Source: an uncultured Chloroflexia bacterium (lineage in GTDB: Bacteria; Chloroflexota; Limnocylindria; Limnocylindrales; CSP1-4). Taken from it: a stretch of 64,000 bases of DNA. Below the pieces are notes generated by a model. It saw only the letters and a list, made by a program, of their open reading frames with translations. It did not search any database and had not been told where the DNA came from. Positions 48,190 to 56,626 of the stretch are shown piece after piece (within the stretch, counting starts at the first letter, position 1; every line of letters begins with the position of its first letter). Where the stretch lies: contig CAVYIM010000003.1 in the NCBI GenBank assembly GCA_963768655.1, positions 717,682 to 781,681 on the forward strand. Reading direction: 5' to 3'. The position numbers and the translations under genes were made by a program.

Positions 48190-51100
48190 ATGGTCGGGCG
48201 CGCCGTCACCAACCGCGCCGAACGGCGCAGCGAAGGCAGCTCTTTGCTGCCCATCTTCGATCGACTCGCTCCGCCGGCTCCGATCGCGGACATCACCGCC
48301 CAGATCGAGGCGTGGACCAAGCCGGGCGAGGTCGTCCTCGACCTGAGCGGCCGTGGCGGCTGGGTCGCTCGGGCTGCGATAGCCGGCCAGCGTCGTGCCG
48401 CGGACCTCGAATCCCTGTCGCTGACGCGCCTCCTGGCCGATGTGGTGGTGCGCTCGCCCGACGTCCGCCATCTCGAAGCTGCGGCCCAGGCCATCTCGAT
48501 CAGGCCGCTCCTGGACGCCACGGTCAAGAAGACCATCGAGCAACTCTTCGCCAGCACGTGCCCGGTCTGCGGACGATCCGTCGTCCTCGAGTCCCTCGTT
48601 TGGGGGCCCGGCGATGGGCGCGGCGGGACCGGCGCCGGGCGCGGCACCGCAAAGTCGGGCGGCGCGGCGAAGCCGGGCACGACGGCGTCGGTCGCGGCCA
48701 GGCCGGGCGGCGCGGCCGCTGCGGGCAAAGCCCGGGAACGTGCCACCCGGCGTGAGTTCCGGTGCGCAACCTGCCAGCAGCCAGACGGCGGGGAGTTGCG
48801 TCACGCCGAACCCACTCCGGACGACCTGACTCGCGCGGCCTTTGTGGACCTTCCGGATACGGTGCGCGAAAGCCTGCGCAAACGGTTCCCGGCGCCGCCC
48901 GGGCCGCCGGACGTTGGTCTCCCCGACCAGCTCGTGGACCTGCATACGGCGCGGCAGCTGCTCGGCCTCAACGCGATCCTCGAGGGCATCGAGCTCGAGA
49001 CGCGTTCGGCACCGATGACGGCCGCCCTGCGGCTGGCATTCCTTCACGCCGTGGCGTCCGCCAGCAGGCTCAACTCGTACCGTGGCCGCCCCCAGGCGCT
49101 TCGAATCTCGAGGGGCGCGGTCCGCCTGCCGGCGGCTCACGCCTGGCGCGAGAGGAACCCGTGGCTCGCGTTCGAGGAAGGGCTGGCGATGGTGCGAAGC
49201 TTCGTCGTGCGCCTGGAATCGGACGAGAAACGGTCGGTGGCGGCCCGCCTCGCCTCGGATCTGATGGAGCTCCAGGAGGGGACTTCCAACGTGGTGCTGG
49301 GCGAGGCGACGCCGGGATCGCTGAGGCGGATCGGTCTTGCGGGCGAGCGCATCGCGCACTCCGGCACGCCCTCGCGGGTCCGGCTCGTCGTCGGCCAGGT
49401 CCCGCTGCGACTGACCCACGGCCGGCTCGCGGAGGCATACCACGAGACGGCCTGGGCCCTGGGGGCCGGCGCGGCCTCGCTGCTGCCCTTCGAGGAGCTG
49501 TTCCGGCCGGTGCCGCGCGCCGGCCGCCGGAGCGCGGCCGAGGATCTGGCCCGCTCGCTGGGGCGGTCGCTCGCAATCGCCACTCCGGCGCTCGCCCAGA
49601 ACGGCCGCGCCGTGGTGCTCCTCGACGATGCCGAGCCGCGAACATTGGTCGCGGCGGCAATCGGCGGAGCGGCGGCTGGATGCCGCCTGATCGACGCTCG
49701 CCTGCACCGCAGCGACGAAGACAGCCCGGCCGTGGCCGTCTTCGTGCCGTCAACCGGAGTCGTCGCGCCGGGGCCTCGCACCCGTGCCAATCGGCCACTC
49801 CCGCCGCTCGAAGGAGGCGCGGGCGATCCGGGCACGGTCACCGGGCCAGGCGTCTTCGCCGCTCCGGAGAAGCTCGGCGAGGGGCCGTTTCGCCATCCGG
49901 CTGCGGCGCAGGCCGTCAACGACACAGCCATCGAGCTGCTCAAGGCCCGGGGCGAGCCGGCCTGCTTCGAACACATGCTGGGCGATCTGCTGGTTGGGCT
50001 GGATCGCTCGGGGCAGCTGGCCCGCTTCGCCCGCCAGTTCCGGCCGCCCCGCGCCGACCAGGGCTGGGACGCGTGGGTCGACATCGATGGCGATCCGTCG
50101 GCGGCCCCCGGCGCGTCGGCCGCCCCAGGCGCGTCGGCCGCTCCCGGCGCGTCGGCCGCCCCAGGCGCGTCGGCCGCTCCCGGCGCGTCGGCCGCCCCAG
50201 GCGCGTCGGCCGCTCCCGGCGCGTCGGCCACAACCGGGTCGGCCGCCGGGCAGCCGCCGGCCGGCGCGGCATCAGCCGTTCCCGGCAGGTCGGCCGCCTC
50301 GAAGGAACCCGCCGGTGACGAGACGGCCGAGGACGAGGAGCCCTCCGAGCCGGCGGGCCCCGTCGACGAGCTCTTGGCGCTAATCCGAAACGAGCTCGAC
50401 CGCGGCACGAACCGCCGCGTTCGCCAGATCGAGCCCGGTCAGTACTGGCTCGGTTCGGAGGAGGACCGCTCCGGGGCCGCTCAACCCCTGGCGGATCGGA
50501 CGGAGTGGGCCGTCTTCAGCCTCCTCTCGTCATCGCGCCAGATGTCGGAGGCGGCCGTCTTCGAGCGGACGATGGGCCTCTTCCAGGATCGCGACGTTCC
50601 GGATGGCGAGCTGATGCGAGCCTGCCTGATGAGCTACAGCGCGCCGGGCAGCACGCCTGAGGCGGTCGCGACCGCCGATCAGCTGGAGCGACGCTCGGCC
50701 GAGCACGACGCCATGATCGCTGCCATAGCGGATCTGGGCCATCGCCTCGGGACGCGCGTCTGGATCGGGCGCCGCCAGCAGGCCCGCCGCTTCGACGGCC
50801 GCCCGCTGGCCGATCGGCTCGACATGGAGGAGCGCGACATCGTGCCGACCGTGATCGCCTGGGGTCCGGAGGCCGAGCTCGAGCGCGTCGACTGCGCCTG
50901 GTACGTCCGCCACAAGGCGACCTTCTTGTTCGAGGTCGAATGGACGGCAATGCTCGGCGATCCGGTCCTGGTGCGCCACAGTCGCTTCCCGAGCGACGAC
51001 AAGGTCGTTCGCTTCCTCGTCATCCCGCCCGAGCGCGCGGAGCTGGTGCGCTACAAGCTCGCCCGTTCGCCGTTGCTCCGCCGGGCCTTCGCGGATCGGA

Positions 51101-51237
51101 ACTGGCACGTCCTCAAGTGGGACCAGCTGGCCGCCTTCGCGGCCCGTACGGAGGTGTCCCTGGCCGACCTCGAGCCCTACCTGGGACTCGACGCCGACGC
51201 GGCCGGCGGCGAGCAGCTGCCGTTGTTCGAGGGTTGA
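48190..51237 (+). CDS. 1015-aa multidomain protein: class-I methyltransferase-like fold with a Zn-ribbon insertion, long helical middle, repeat linker, PD-(D/E)xK-like C-terminal domain
   Basis: The ATG at 48190 is in frame with ORF 47260..51237. Motif-I-like 'GEVVLDLSGRGGWVARAAIAGQRRAADLE'. Cys pairs 'CPVCGRS' and 'CATCQQ'. No DPPY/NPPY motif seen. C-terminus 'VWIGRRQQ...ERVDCAWYVRHKATFLFEVEWTAMLGDPVLVRHSR...VVRFLVIPPERAELVRYKL'. Confidence 0.7.
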   Translation: MVGRAVTNRAERRSEGSSLLPIFDRLAPPAPIADITAQIEAWTKPGEVVLDLSGRGGWVARAAIAGQRRAADLESLSLTRLLADVVVRSPDVRHLEAAAQAISIRPLLDATVKKTIEQLFASTCPVCGRSVVLESLVWGPGDGRGGTGAGRGTAKSGGAAKPGTTASVAARPGGAAAAGKARERATRREFRCATCQQPDGGELRHAEPTPDDLTRAAFVDLPDTVRESLRKRFPAPPGPPDVGLPDQLVDLHTARQLLGLNAILEGIELETRSAPMTAALRLAFLHAVASASRLNSYRGRPQALRISRGAVRLPAAHAWRERNPWLAFEEGLAMVRSFVVRLESDEKRSVAARLASDLMELQEGTSNVVLGEATPGSLRRIGLAGERIAHSGTPSRVRLVVGQVPLRLTHGRLAEAYHETAWALGAGAASLLPFEELFRPVPRAGRRSAAEDLARSLGRSLAIATPALAQNGRAVVLLDDAEPRTLVAAAIGGAAAGCRLIDARLHRSDEDSPAVAVFVPSTGVVAPGPRTRANRPLPPLEGGAGDPGTVTGPGVFAAPEKLGEGPFRHPAAAQAVNDTAIELLKARGEPACFEHMLGDLLVGLDRSGQLARFARQFRPPRADQGWDAWVDIDGDPSAAPGASAAPGASAAPGASAAPGASAAPGASAAPGASAAPGASATTGSAAGQPPAGAASAVPGRSAASKEPAGDETAEDEEPSEPAGPVDELLALIRNELDRGTNRRVRQIEPGQYWLGSEEDRSGAAQPLADRTEWAVFSLLSSSRQMSEAAVFERTMGLFQDRDVPDGELMRACLMSYSAPGSTPEAVATADQLERRSAEHDAMIAAIADLGHRLGTRVWIGRRQQARRFDGRPLADRLDMEERDIVPTVIAWGPEAELERVDCAWYVRHKATFLFEVEWTAMLGDPVLVRHSRFPSDDKVVRFLVIPPERAELVRYKLARSPLLRRAFADRNWHVLKWDQLAAFAARTEVSLADLEPYLGLDADAAGGEQLPLFEG
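50104..50229 (+). repeat. seven tandem 18-bp in-frame units (APGASA)7; units 2-7 form a 36-bp unit repeated three times
   Basis: gcccccggcgcgtcggcc is followed by (gccccaggcgcgtcggcc gctcccggcgcgtcggcc) three times. The repeat lies inside the 1015-aa CDS linker. Confidence 0.95.
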
Positions 51238-51359
51238 GCGGCGCCCGACGGTCGGCCGCGGTAATCTCGCGACGATCTCGCTGGGGGGTACGCTAACGCC
51301 CGAGATCCGGCCGGCTCAACGTCTTTGTCCCGGAGGAGTCAGATCGCCAGGAGGTTCCG

Positions 51360-53096
51360 GTGAGCGAGGTCCGCAACCCAGCCGCCGCCGTCAACGAGCT
51401 GGCCGAAGGGTTCTGGAACGGCCTGCTCGAACTGTCGCCCATCACGGCCACGGTTCTTGGCTACGACCAGTACGACGATCGCCTGGACGACCCGGGCCCC
51501 GAGGGGCGAGACCGGGCGCGGACTCTCTTCCGCGAGACGCTGCACGCGACCGACGCGATCGAAGCGCAGGTCGCCGCCGGTGTGGCCGGGTCGGACGGCG
51601 GCGCAGGCCTCCCGGGTACCGGCCTCCCGGTCGAGGAGTCGATCACGCTCGACATCCTGACGGTCGTCTGCCGATCCGAGCTGGAGCAGCAGATTCAGCG
51701 TATCGACCGGCTGAAGGTGGTCGATCAGATGGAAGGGCCGCAGACGGTGATGCCGCTTCTGGCGACCTTCCAGCGCACCGACACGCCCGAGCGTTTCGGC
51801 CGCTTCCTGGCGCGCATCGACGACTACCCACGCTACATGGCGGCCGTCGCGGAACTCACTCGGGAGGGTCTGGCGAGCGGGCTCACCGCGGCCCGGATCG
51901 TGACCGAGCGCGTCATCGGCCAGCTGGAGAGGCTGCTCGCCGTTCCGGACGAAGAGTCGCCGATCGCAGTCGCCGCTATGCTGCCGAGGCCCTCGGACAG
52001 GGACAGGTTGGTCGCCGCCATCCGCCGCTCGATAAGGCCCGCCGACGAGGCGTTTCTCGAGGCCCTCCGAGGTGCGTACCGTGACGCCTCGCGCGAGGAG
52101 CCGGGGCTATGGTCGGCGCCGGACGGCGAGCAGCTGTACAGGACCCAGGTTCGGGCCTGGACGTCACTGGACCTGGATCCCGGGGATCTGCACCGGATCG
52201 GCCTCGAAGAGCTGGAGTCGATCGAGGCGGAGCGGCGTGAGATCAGCCGCTCGCTCGGTCTGGGCGACGACACGAAGGCCGCTCGCGCGGCAATCGAGAA
52301 GAGCCCCGGAGCGATTCCGGCGACGGCCGACGAGTTGCTGGACCACGCCCGCGGCCAGATCGAGCGCGCCCTGGCCCGATCGCCGGAGTTCTTCGGCCGC
52401 CTGCCCAGGTCTCCCGTCACGGTTCGAGCGGTGGAGCCATTCAAGGAAGCCGACGCTCCATCCGCCTTCTACTACGCGCCCGCGGTCGACGGCAGCCGCC
52501 CGGGCATCTACTACGTCAACACCTACGACCTGCCGAGCCGCAGCTACTTGAGCCTGGCCAGCACGAGCTTCCACGAGGCCGTACCCGGGCATCACTTCCA
52601 GATCGCGCTCCAGACCGAGATGGCGGACCTGAGCGCCTTCCGCCGCATGGGCGCCCGAATGGCCGGCATGGCCTACGTCGAGGGCTGGGGTCTGTACGCC
52701 GAACGCCTGGCGGACGAGATGGGGCTCTACCTCAATCCGACCGAACGATTTGGCATGCTCGACGGGCAGGCCCATCGCGCCGCGCGCCTGGTAGTCGACA
52801 CCGGGATCCACGCCTTCCGCTGGTCGCGCGAACGCGCGATCGCGCAGCTGCTCGACGCGGGCCTGTCGGAGACCGACGCCGCGATCGAGACCGACCGCTA
52901 CATCTGCTGGCCGGCCCAGGCCCTGACCTACAAGGTCGGTCAGCGCGAGATCGAACGGCTCAGGAAGGAGGCTGCGGTGCGCCTCGGTTCCGCGTTCGAT
53001 CTGCGGGCATTCCACGACGCCGTGCTGGGCCACGGCACACTGCCACTCACCACTCTCGCCCGGGAGCTGCCGGGGTGGCTGGCGAAGCCGAGTTAG
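51360..53096 (+). CDS. DUF885-family protein (metallopeptidase-like HExxxGHH motif)
   Basis: 578 aa. 'FHEAVPGHHFQIAL', 'EGWGLYAERLADEMG', 'RLVVDTGIH' and 'RYICWPAQALTYKVG'. GTG start preceded by CAGGAGG. Confidence 0.8.
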   Translation: MSEVRNPAAAVNELAEGFWNGLLELSPITATVLGYDQYDDRLDDPGPEGRDRARTLFRETLHATDAIEAQVAAGVAGSDGGAGLPGTGLPVEESITLDILTVVCRSELEQQIQRIDRLKVVDQMEGPQTVMPLLATFQRTDTPERFGRFLARIDDYPRYMAAVAELTREGLASGLTAARIVTERVIGQLERLLAVPDEESPIAVAAMLPRPSDRDRLVAAIRRSIRPADEAFLEALRGAYRDASREEPGLWSAPDGEQLYRTQVRAWTSLDLDPGDLHRIGLEELESIEAERREISRSLGLGDDTKAARAAIEKSPGAIPATADELLDHARGQIERALARSPEFFGRLPRSPVTVRAVEPFKEADAPSAFYYAPAVDGSRPGIYYVNTYDLPSRSYLSLASTSFHEAVPGHHFQIALQTEMADLSAFRRMGARMAGMAYVEGWGLYAERLADEMGLYLNPTERFGMLDGQAHRAARLVVDTGIHAFRWSRERAIAQLLDAGLSETDAAIETDRYICWPAQALTYKVGQREIERLRKEAAVRLGSAFDLRAFHDAVLGHGTLPLTTLARELPGWLAKPS

Positions 53097-53132
53097 CCCT
53101 GGTTTCGGACGCCCGCCCCGGCGTCGGTGAAT

Positions 53133-53795
53133 TCAGGGCTTCGAGGCTTCGCGGAGCATATCGGCCAGGGCGGCGTGCCCGCCCGCGTCGGCCAGGTCGG
53201 GCGGCGTGCAGCCATCGTCGGCGGGTCGAGTCGGATCGGCGCCGCGAAGGAGCAGCAGGTCGACGATCGCCTCGTCGCCGTTGTGCGCGGCCGTGTGCAG
53301 CGGGGTCCAGCCGCCCTTCTGGACGGCGTTCGCCGAAGCGCCAAGGGCGAGCAGCAGGCCCGCCAGGTCACGCCGGCGCGCCGCCACAGCGCTGTGGAGG
53401 GGCGTGACGCGTGAGTCGTTGGCGGCGACTGCGTTGGGATCGGCGCCGCGCTCCAGGAGCAGCCGTGCCACCTCCAGCTGCCCGAAGTAGGCGGCCAGAT
53501 GGAGCGGTGCAAAGCCGTCTTCGCCACGCTCGTCGGTCTCCCAGCCCTCGGCCAGCCTGCGGCGGACCACCGCCACGTCGCCGACGACGGCGGCCTCGAA
53601 GAGGCTCAGCCCGTCCGGCCCGACTCTCTCGGCCAGGTGTTCGGCCAGTCGGGGATGACCGCCGTAGGCGGCGGCGAGCACCGGCGAGAGACCGGCCTTG
53701 TCCCGGGCCTTCAGCAGGCCTGCGTCGCCCGCGACCGCCTCGTCAGCCGCCCTCTCGTCCCCGTTGCGGATCGTCTCGAAGAAGTCGGCCGTCAT
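53133..53795 (-). CDS. ankyrin-repeat protein
   Basis: 'GFAPLHLAAYFGQLEVARLLLERGADPNA', 'TPLHSAVAARRRDLAGLLLALGASANA' and 'GWTPLHTAAHNGDEAIVDLLLLRGADP'. ATG 53795 is preceded by GGAGGGG and overlaps (ATGA) the stop of the upstream gene. Confidence 0.85.
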   Translation of the reverse strand: MTADFFETIRNGDERAADEAVAGDAGLLKARDKAGLSPVLAAAYGGHPRLAEHLAERVGPDGLSLFEAAVVGDVAVVRRRLAEGWETDERGEDGFAPLHLAAYFGQLEVARLLLERGADPNAVAANDSRVTPLHSAVAARRRDLAGLLLALGASANAVQKGGWTPLHTAAHNGDEAIVDLLLLRGADPTRPADDGCTPPDLADAGGHAALADMLREASKP

Positions 53796-55213
53796 GCGCT
53801 GCCCCTCCTGGTGTGCTGGGCGATGTCGCCGAGCGCCTCGACCAGCCGGTCGATCTCGGCCGCAGTGTTGTAGTGGACGAAGCCTGCGCGCACCATGCCG
53901 CCCGATTCGGCCAGTCCGAGGGCGCGGATCAGCTCGTACGCATAGTAGTCGCCGTCCCACACGGCGATGCCGCGCCGGCCGAGCTCCGTGGCGACCCGGC
54001 GCGGCGAGTGGCCTGCCAGCGTGAAGGCGAAGGTCGGGACGCGCTCGGCCAGACGGTTCGGGTCGACGACGCCGCGCAGCCTCAAGCCCGGCACATCGCC
54101 CAACGCCGTCAGCGCGCGCCGGGCCAGAGCTCGCTCCGTGGCGCCGATGACCGCCATGGCCGCGCGGAGTCGGGCGCGCCGCGTCGCGGCCGCGCCACTT
54201 CCCGCGCCGCTCCCACCGCTCTCACCGGCTCCGCCACCGGGCGCGGCGCCGCCACTTGCCGCGCCACCCGTGCCGTACGTCTTGCCCAGCCACTCCAGAT
54301 ACTCGAACGTGGCAAGCAACCCGGCCAGCGACTCGCCCGGGAGAGTGCCTGTCTCCCATTTGCCCGGCGACTCGTTCGGGGCCGGTCGGACCTTGTATGC
54401 GGCCAGGCTCTCGAGCAGATCGCGCCGCCCGTAGAGGAGCCCCAGATGTGGCCCGAAGAACTTGTAGGGGGAGCAGACCAGGAAGTCGGCCCCCAATGCC
54501 GCCACGTCAAGCGGCACGTGCGGCGCCGCATGAACGGCGTCCACGTACGTGAGTGCGCCGGCGGCGTGGGCCATCTCCACGATCCGGGGGATCGGATTGA
54601 GAGTGCCCACGGCGTTCGAGGCGAGCCCGACGGCGACCAGGCGCGTGCGCGGCCCAAGCGCTCGCTCGAGGCCGTCCACATCGAGCGTGCAATCTTCCGG
54701 ATGGATGCCGATCCATCGGACCCGGACGCCGCGTTCGCCTTCGAGTGCCAGCCAGGGCGCGACGTTGGCGTCGTGGTCCAAGTGCGTGACCACGACCTCG
54801 TCGCCTGCTTCGAGCGTCCGCCCGATCGCCCGGCTCAGCGCGAAGGTGAGCGTGGTCATGTTCTGCCCGAAGACGATTTCGCCGGCATCGGCCGCCCCGA
54901 CGTAGTCCGCCGCGGCGGCATGAACCTCGGCCAGCATGGCGTCGCTTTCCTCGCTCGTCGGGAATGCGCCGTCGTGGTTGGCGTTGAAGCGCTCCAGGTA
55001 TTGCGCCATGGCGTCGATCGTGCGGCGCGGTACCTGCGTACCGCCGGGGCCGTCCAGGTACACATACGGCCGGCCGTCGTGCTCGCGCGAGAGGGCGGGG
55101 AACTGCGCTCGGATCGCCTTGAGTCCCGCCTCCGTCAGTGGCGTGGCTGCTGCACCCGCGAGCGTAGCTGGCGTCGTGGACGAGGCATGGGAGTCGATAC
55201 GATCGGCCGGCAT
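53792..55213 (-). CDS. class-V aminotransferase / cysteine-desulfurase-like PLP enzyme with a Gly-rich insertion
   Basis: 'VYLDGPGGTQVP', 'THLDHDANVAPW', 'YVDAVHAAPH', 'FLVCSPYKFFGPHLG' (PLP Lys) and 'FVHYNTAAEIDRL'. ~30-aa insertion 'GTGGAASGGAAPGGGAGESGGSGAGSGAAA'. ATG 55213 is chosen as the start; the ORF opens at 55357. Confidence 0.8.
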   Translation of the reverse strand: MPADRIDSHASSTTPATLAGAAATPLTEAGLKAIRAQFPALSREHDGRPYVYLDGPGGTQVPRRTIDAMAQYLERFNANHDGAFPTSEESDAMLAEVHAAAADYVGAADAGEIVFGQNMTTLTFALSRAIGRTLEAGDEVVVTHLDHDANVAPWLALEGERGVRVRWIGIHPEDCTLDVDGLERALGPRTRLVAVGLASNAVGTLNPIPRIVEMAHAAGALTYVDAVHAAPHVPLDVAALGADFLVCSPYKFFGPHLGLLYGRRDLLESLAAYKVRPAPNESPGKWETGTLPGESLAGLLATFEYLEWLGKTYGTGGAASGGAAPGGGAGESGGSGAGSGAAATRRARLRAAMAVIGATERALARRALTALGDVPGLRLRGVVDPNRLAERVPTFAFTLAGHSPRRVATELGRRGIAVWDGDYYAYELIRALGLAESGGMVRAGFVHYNTAAEIDRLVEALGDIAQHTRRGSA

Positions 55214-55492
55214 GGTGCTCCGCGATAGAGCGGTGAGAAACCCGTTGATGGTACGACGCGTCGGCCGCCCGCGGCTCGCCCGCGGCCCAGTGAGATCCGC
55301 CTCGCCCCGATCGGGCCGCCGCCGCAGGCGCGTCAGATGAACATCATGCAACCTCACCGGACGCCCTCAAGCTGCAACGAAATCGCAGGGTCCTGGGCCG
55401 GCTTGAGACGCCAGATTGACGGTCTCTGGCGTTCCATCCCACAAGTAAGGGTAGTGGTAGGAGGACCATTTGGCAGGCGCCGGACGGGCCAC

Positions 55493-55521
55493 TTGACTAA
55501 TCCTGAGTAACTGTGTATACA
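55493..55521 (+). promoter_or_regulatory. candidate promoter TTGACT-17 nt-TATACA overlapping the palindrome TGTATACA
   Basis: It lies in the lowest-GC patch I noticed in the window ('ttgactaatcctgagtaactgtgtatacattagg'). This is the divergent region between the aminotransferase gene and the IclR gene. Confidence 0.3.
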
Positions 55522-55717
55522 TTAGGACGTTCCGCTGGGCGAGACGAAAGCAGCGGCCGGGACCTCACCGGCAGGCTCGGATCGGCCGGTCAGCGGATCT
55601 CCTGACAGACGCAGATAGCCTCGCTCCGGTTCGGGCGCGGAGCGACGAAACCAACGGGCCAAGTCTGCCGACAGGCAGATCGGCGGCCCACCAGGTGGCA
55701 GCCCGCAAGGAGTAACA

Positions 55718-56488
55718 GTGGTGCTCGACGGGAACGCGGTTCGGTCCGTTGACCGAGCGGCCTCACTCCTGATCGCTTTGGGGGAATCGCCAGGCGAGGC
55801 GGGCGTAACGGAACTCGCCCGGCGCCTGGGACTCCACAAGTCCACCGCGTCGCGCTTGCTGGCGACGCTTCAGAAGCGGGGCCTGGTGGAGCAGGACGAC
55901 GACTCGGGCAAGTACCGGCTCGGACTCGCCGTCGTTCGGCTCGGCGGTCATGCCGAGCGGACACTCGATCTGCGGTCGATCGCGATGCCGGAGCTCGAAG
56001 GACTCGCGCGTGGTATCAAGGAAACCACGACGCTGGAGATCCTCGAGGGCGACACCGCACTGACGATCGCCTATTCGGACGCCTCGGGAATGGGCCGCGA
56101 CCGGTCGGGCCGAAGCTCACCGCTCCACGCCACGGCCCCGGGCAAGATCCTGCTCGCAAATCAGCCCGAACGTGAGGTCATCCGACTCTCGAAGGTCGGC
56201 TTCACGCCGTACACCTCCCACACCATCGTTCGCGTCGATCTGCTGCTCGAAGAGCTGGCTCGCGTTCGCAAGCGCGGCTTCGCCACTGCCTTCGGCGAGT
56301 TCGAACCGTCGGTCAACGCCATCTCCGTGCCCGTCTACGATCAGCGGACCTCGGTCGTGGCGGCGCTCGAGGTCAGAGCCTCGGGCAATCGCATCCTGCC
56401 CAGCCGTGTGCCCGAGCTGGTGGAGCGGGCCCGCGACGCTGCCGCCGTGATCACGGAGCGCATCGGCGGGGTCGCCGCCGCGGTCTAG
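55718..56488 (+). CDS. IclR-family transcriptional regulator
   Basis: wHTH 'SVDRAASLLIALGESPGEAGVTELARRLGLHKSTASRLLATLQKRGLVEQD'. IclR effector domain 'PLHATAPGKILLA', 'YTSHTI' and 'GFATAFGEFEPSVNAISVPV'. Confidence 0.9.
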   Translation: MVLDGNAVRSVDRAASLLIALGESPGEAGVTELARRLGLHKSTASRLLATLQKRGLVEQDDDSGKYRLGLAVVRLGGHAERTLDLRSIAMPELEGLARGIKETTTLEILEGDTALTIAYSDASGMGRDRSGRSSPLHATAPGKILLANQPEREVIRLSKVGFTPYTSHTIVRVDLLLEELARVRKRGFATAFGEFEPSVNAISVPVYDQRTSVVAALEVRASGNRILPSRVPELVERARDAAAVITERIGGVAAAV

Positions 56489-56626
56489 GCTCCGGCCTCC
56501 TCGGCTGGCCTACGCGCCGGGCCAGGAGCGACAACCACACAAGTCCACCTTTCGCGGCCCCTCGGTCCCCCTCCCGAGGGGCCGCGCCATATCTGCCAGC
56601 CGCGCGGCCCGAGCCCGCGCTAGGCT

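Noticed and set aside
47767-49707. 646-aa minus-strand ORF
   Set aside because: It is antisense to the 1015-aa gene. Its tail is poly-Ser/Arg, the mirror image of the acidic tail and repeats on the plus strand.
50104-50229. Possible CRISPR-like array
   Set aside because: The units are contiguous 18-bp repeats with no spacers. They are in frame within a CDS, and no cas genes are nearby. It is a coding tandem repeat.
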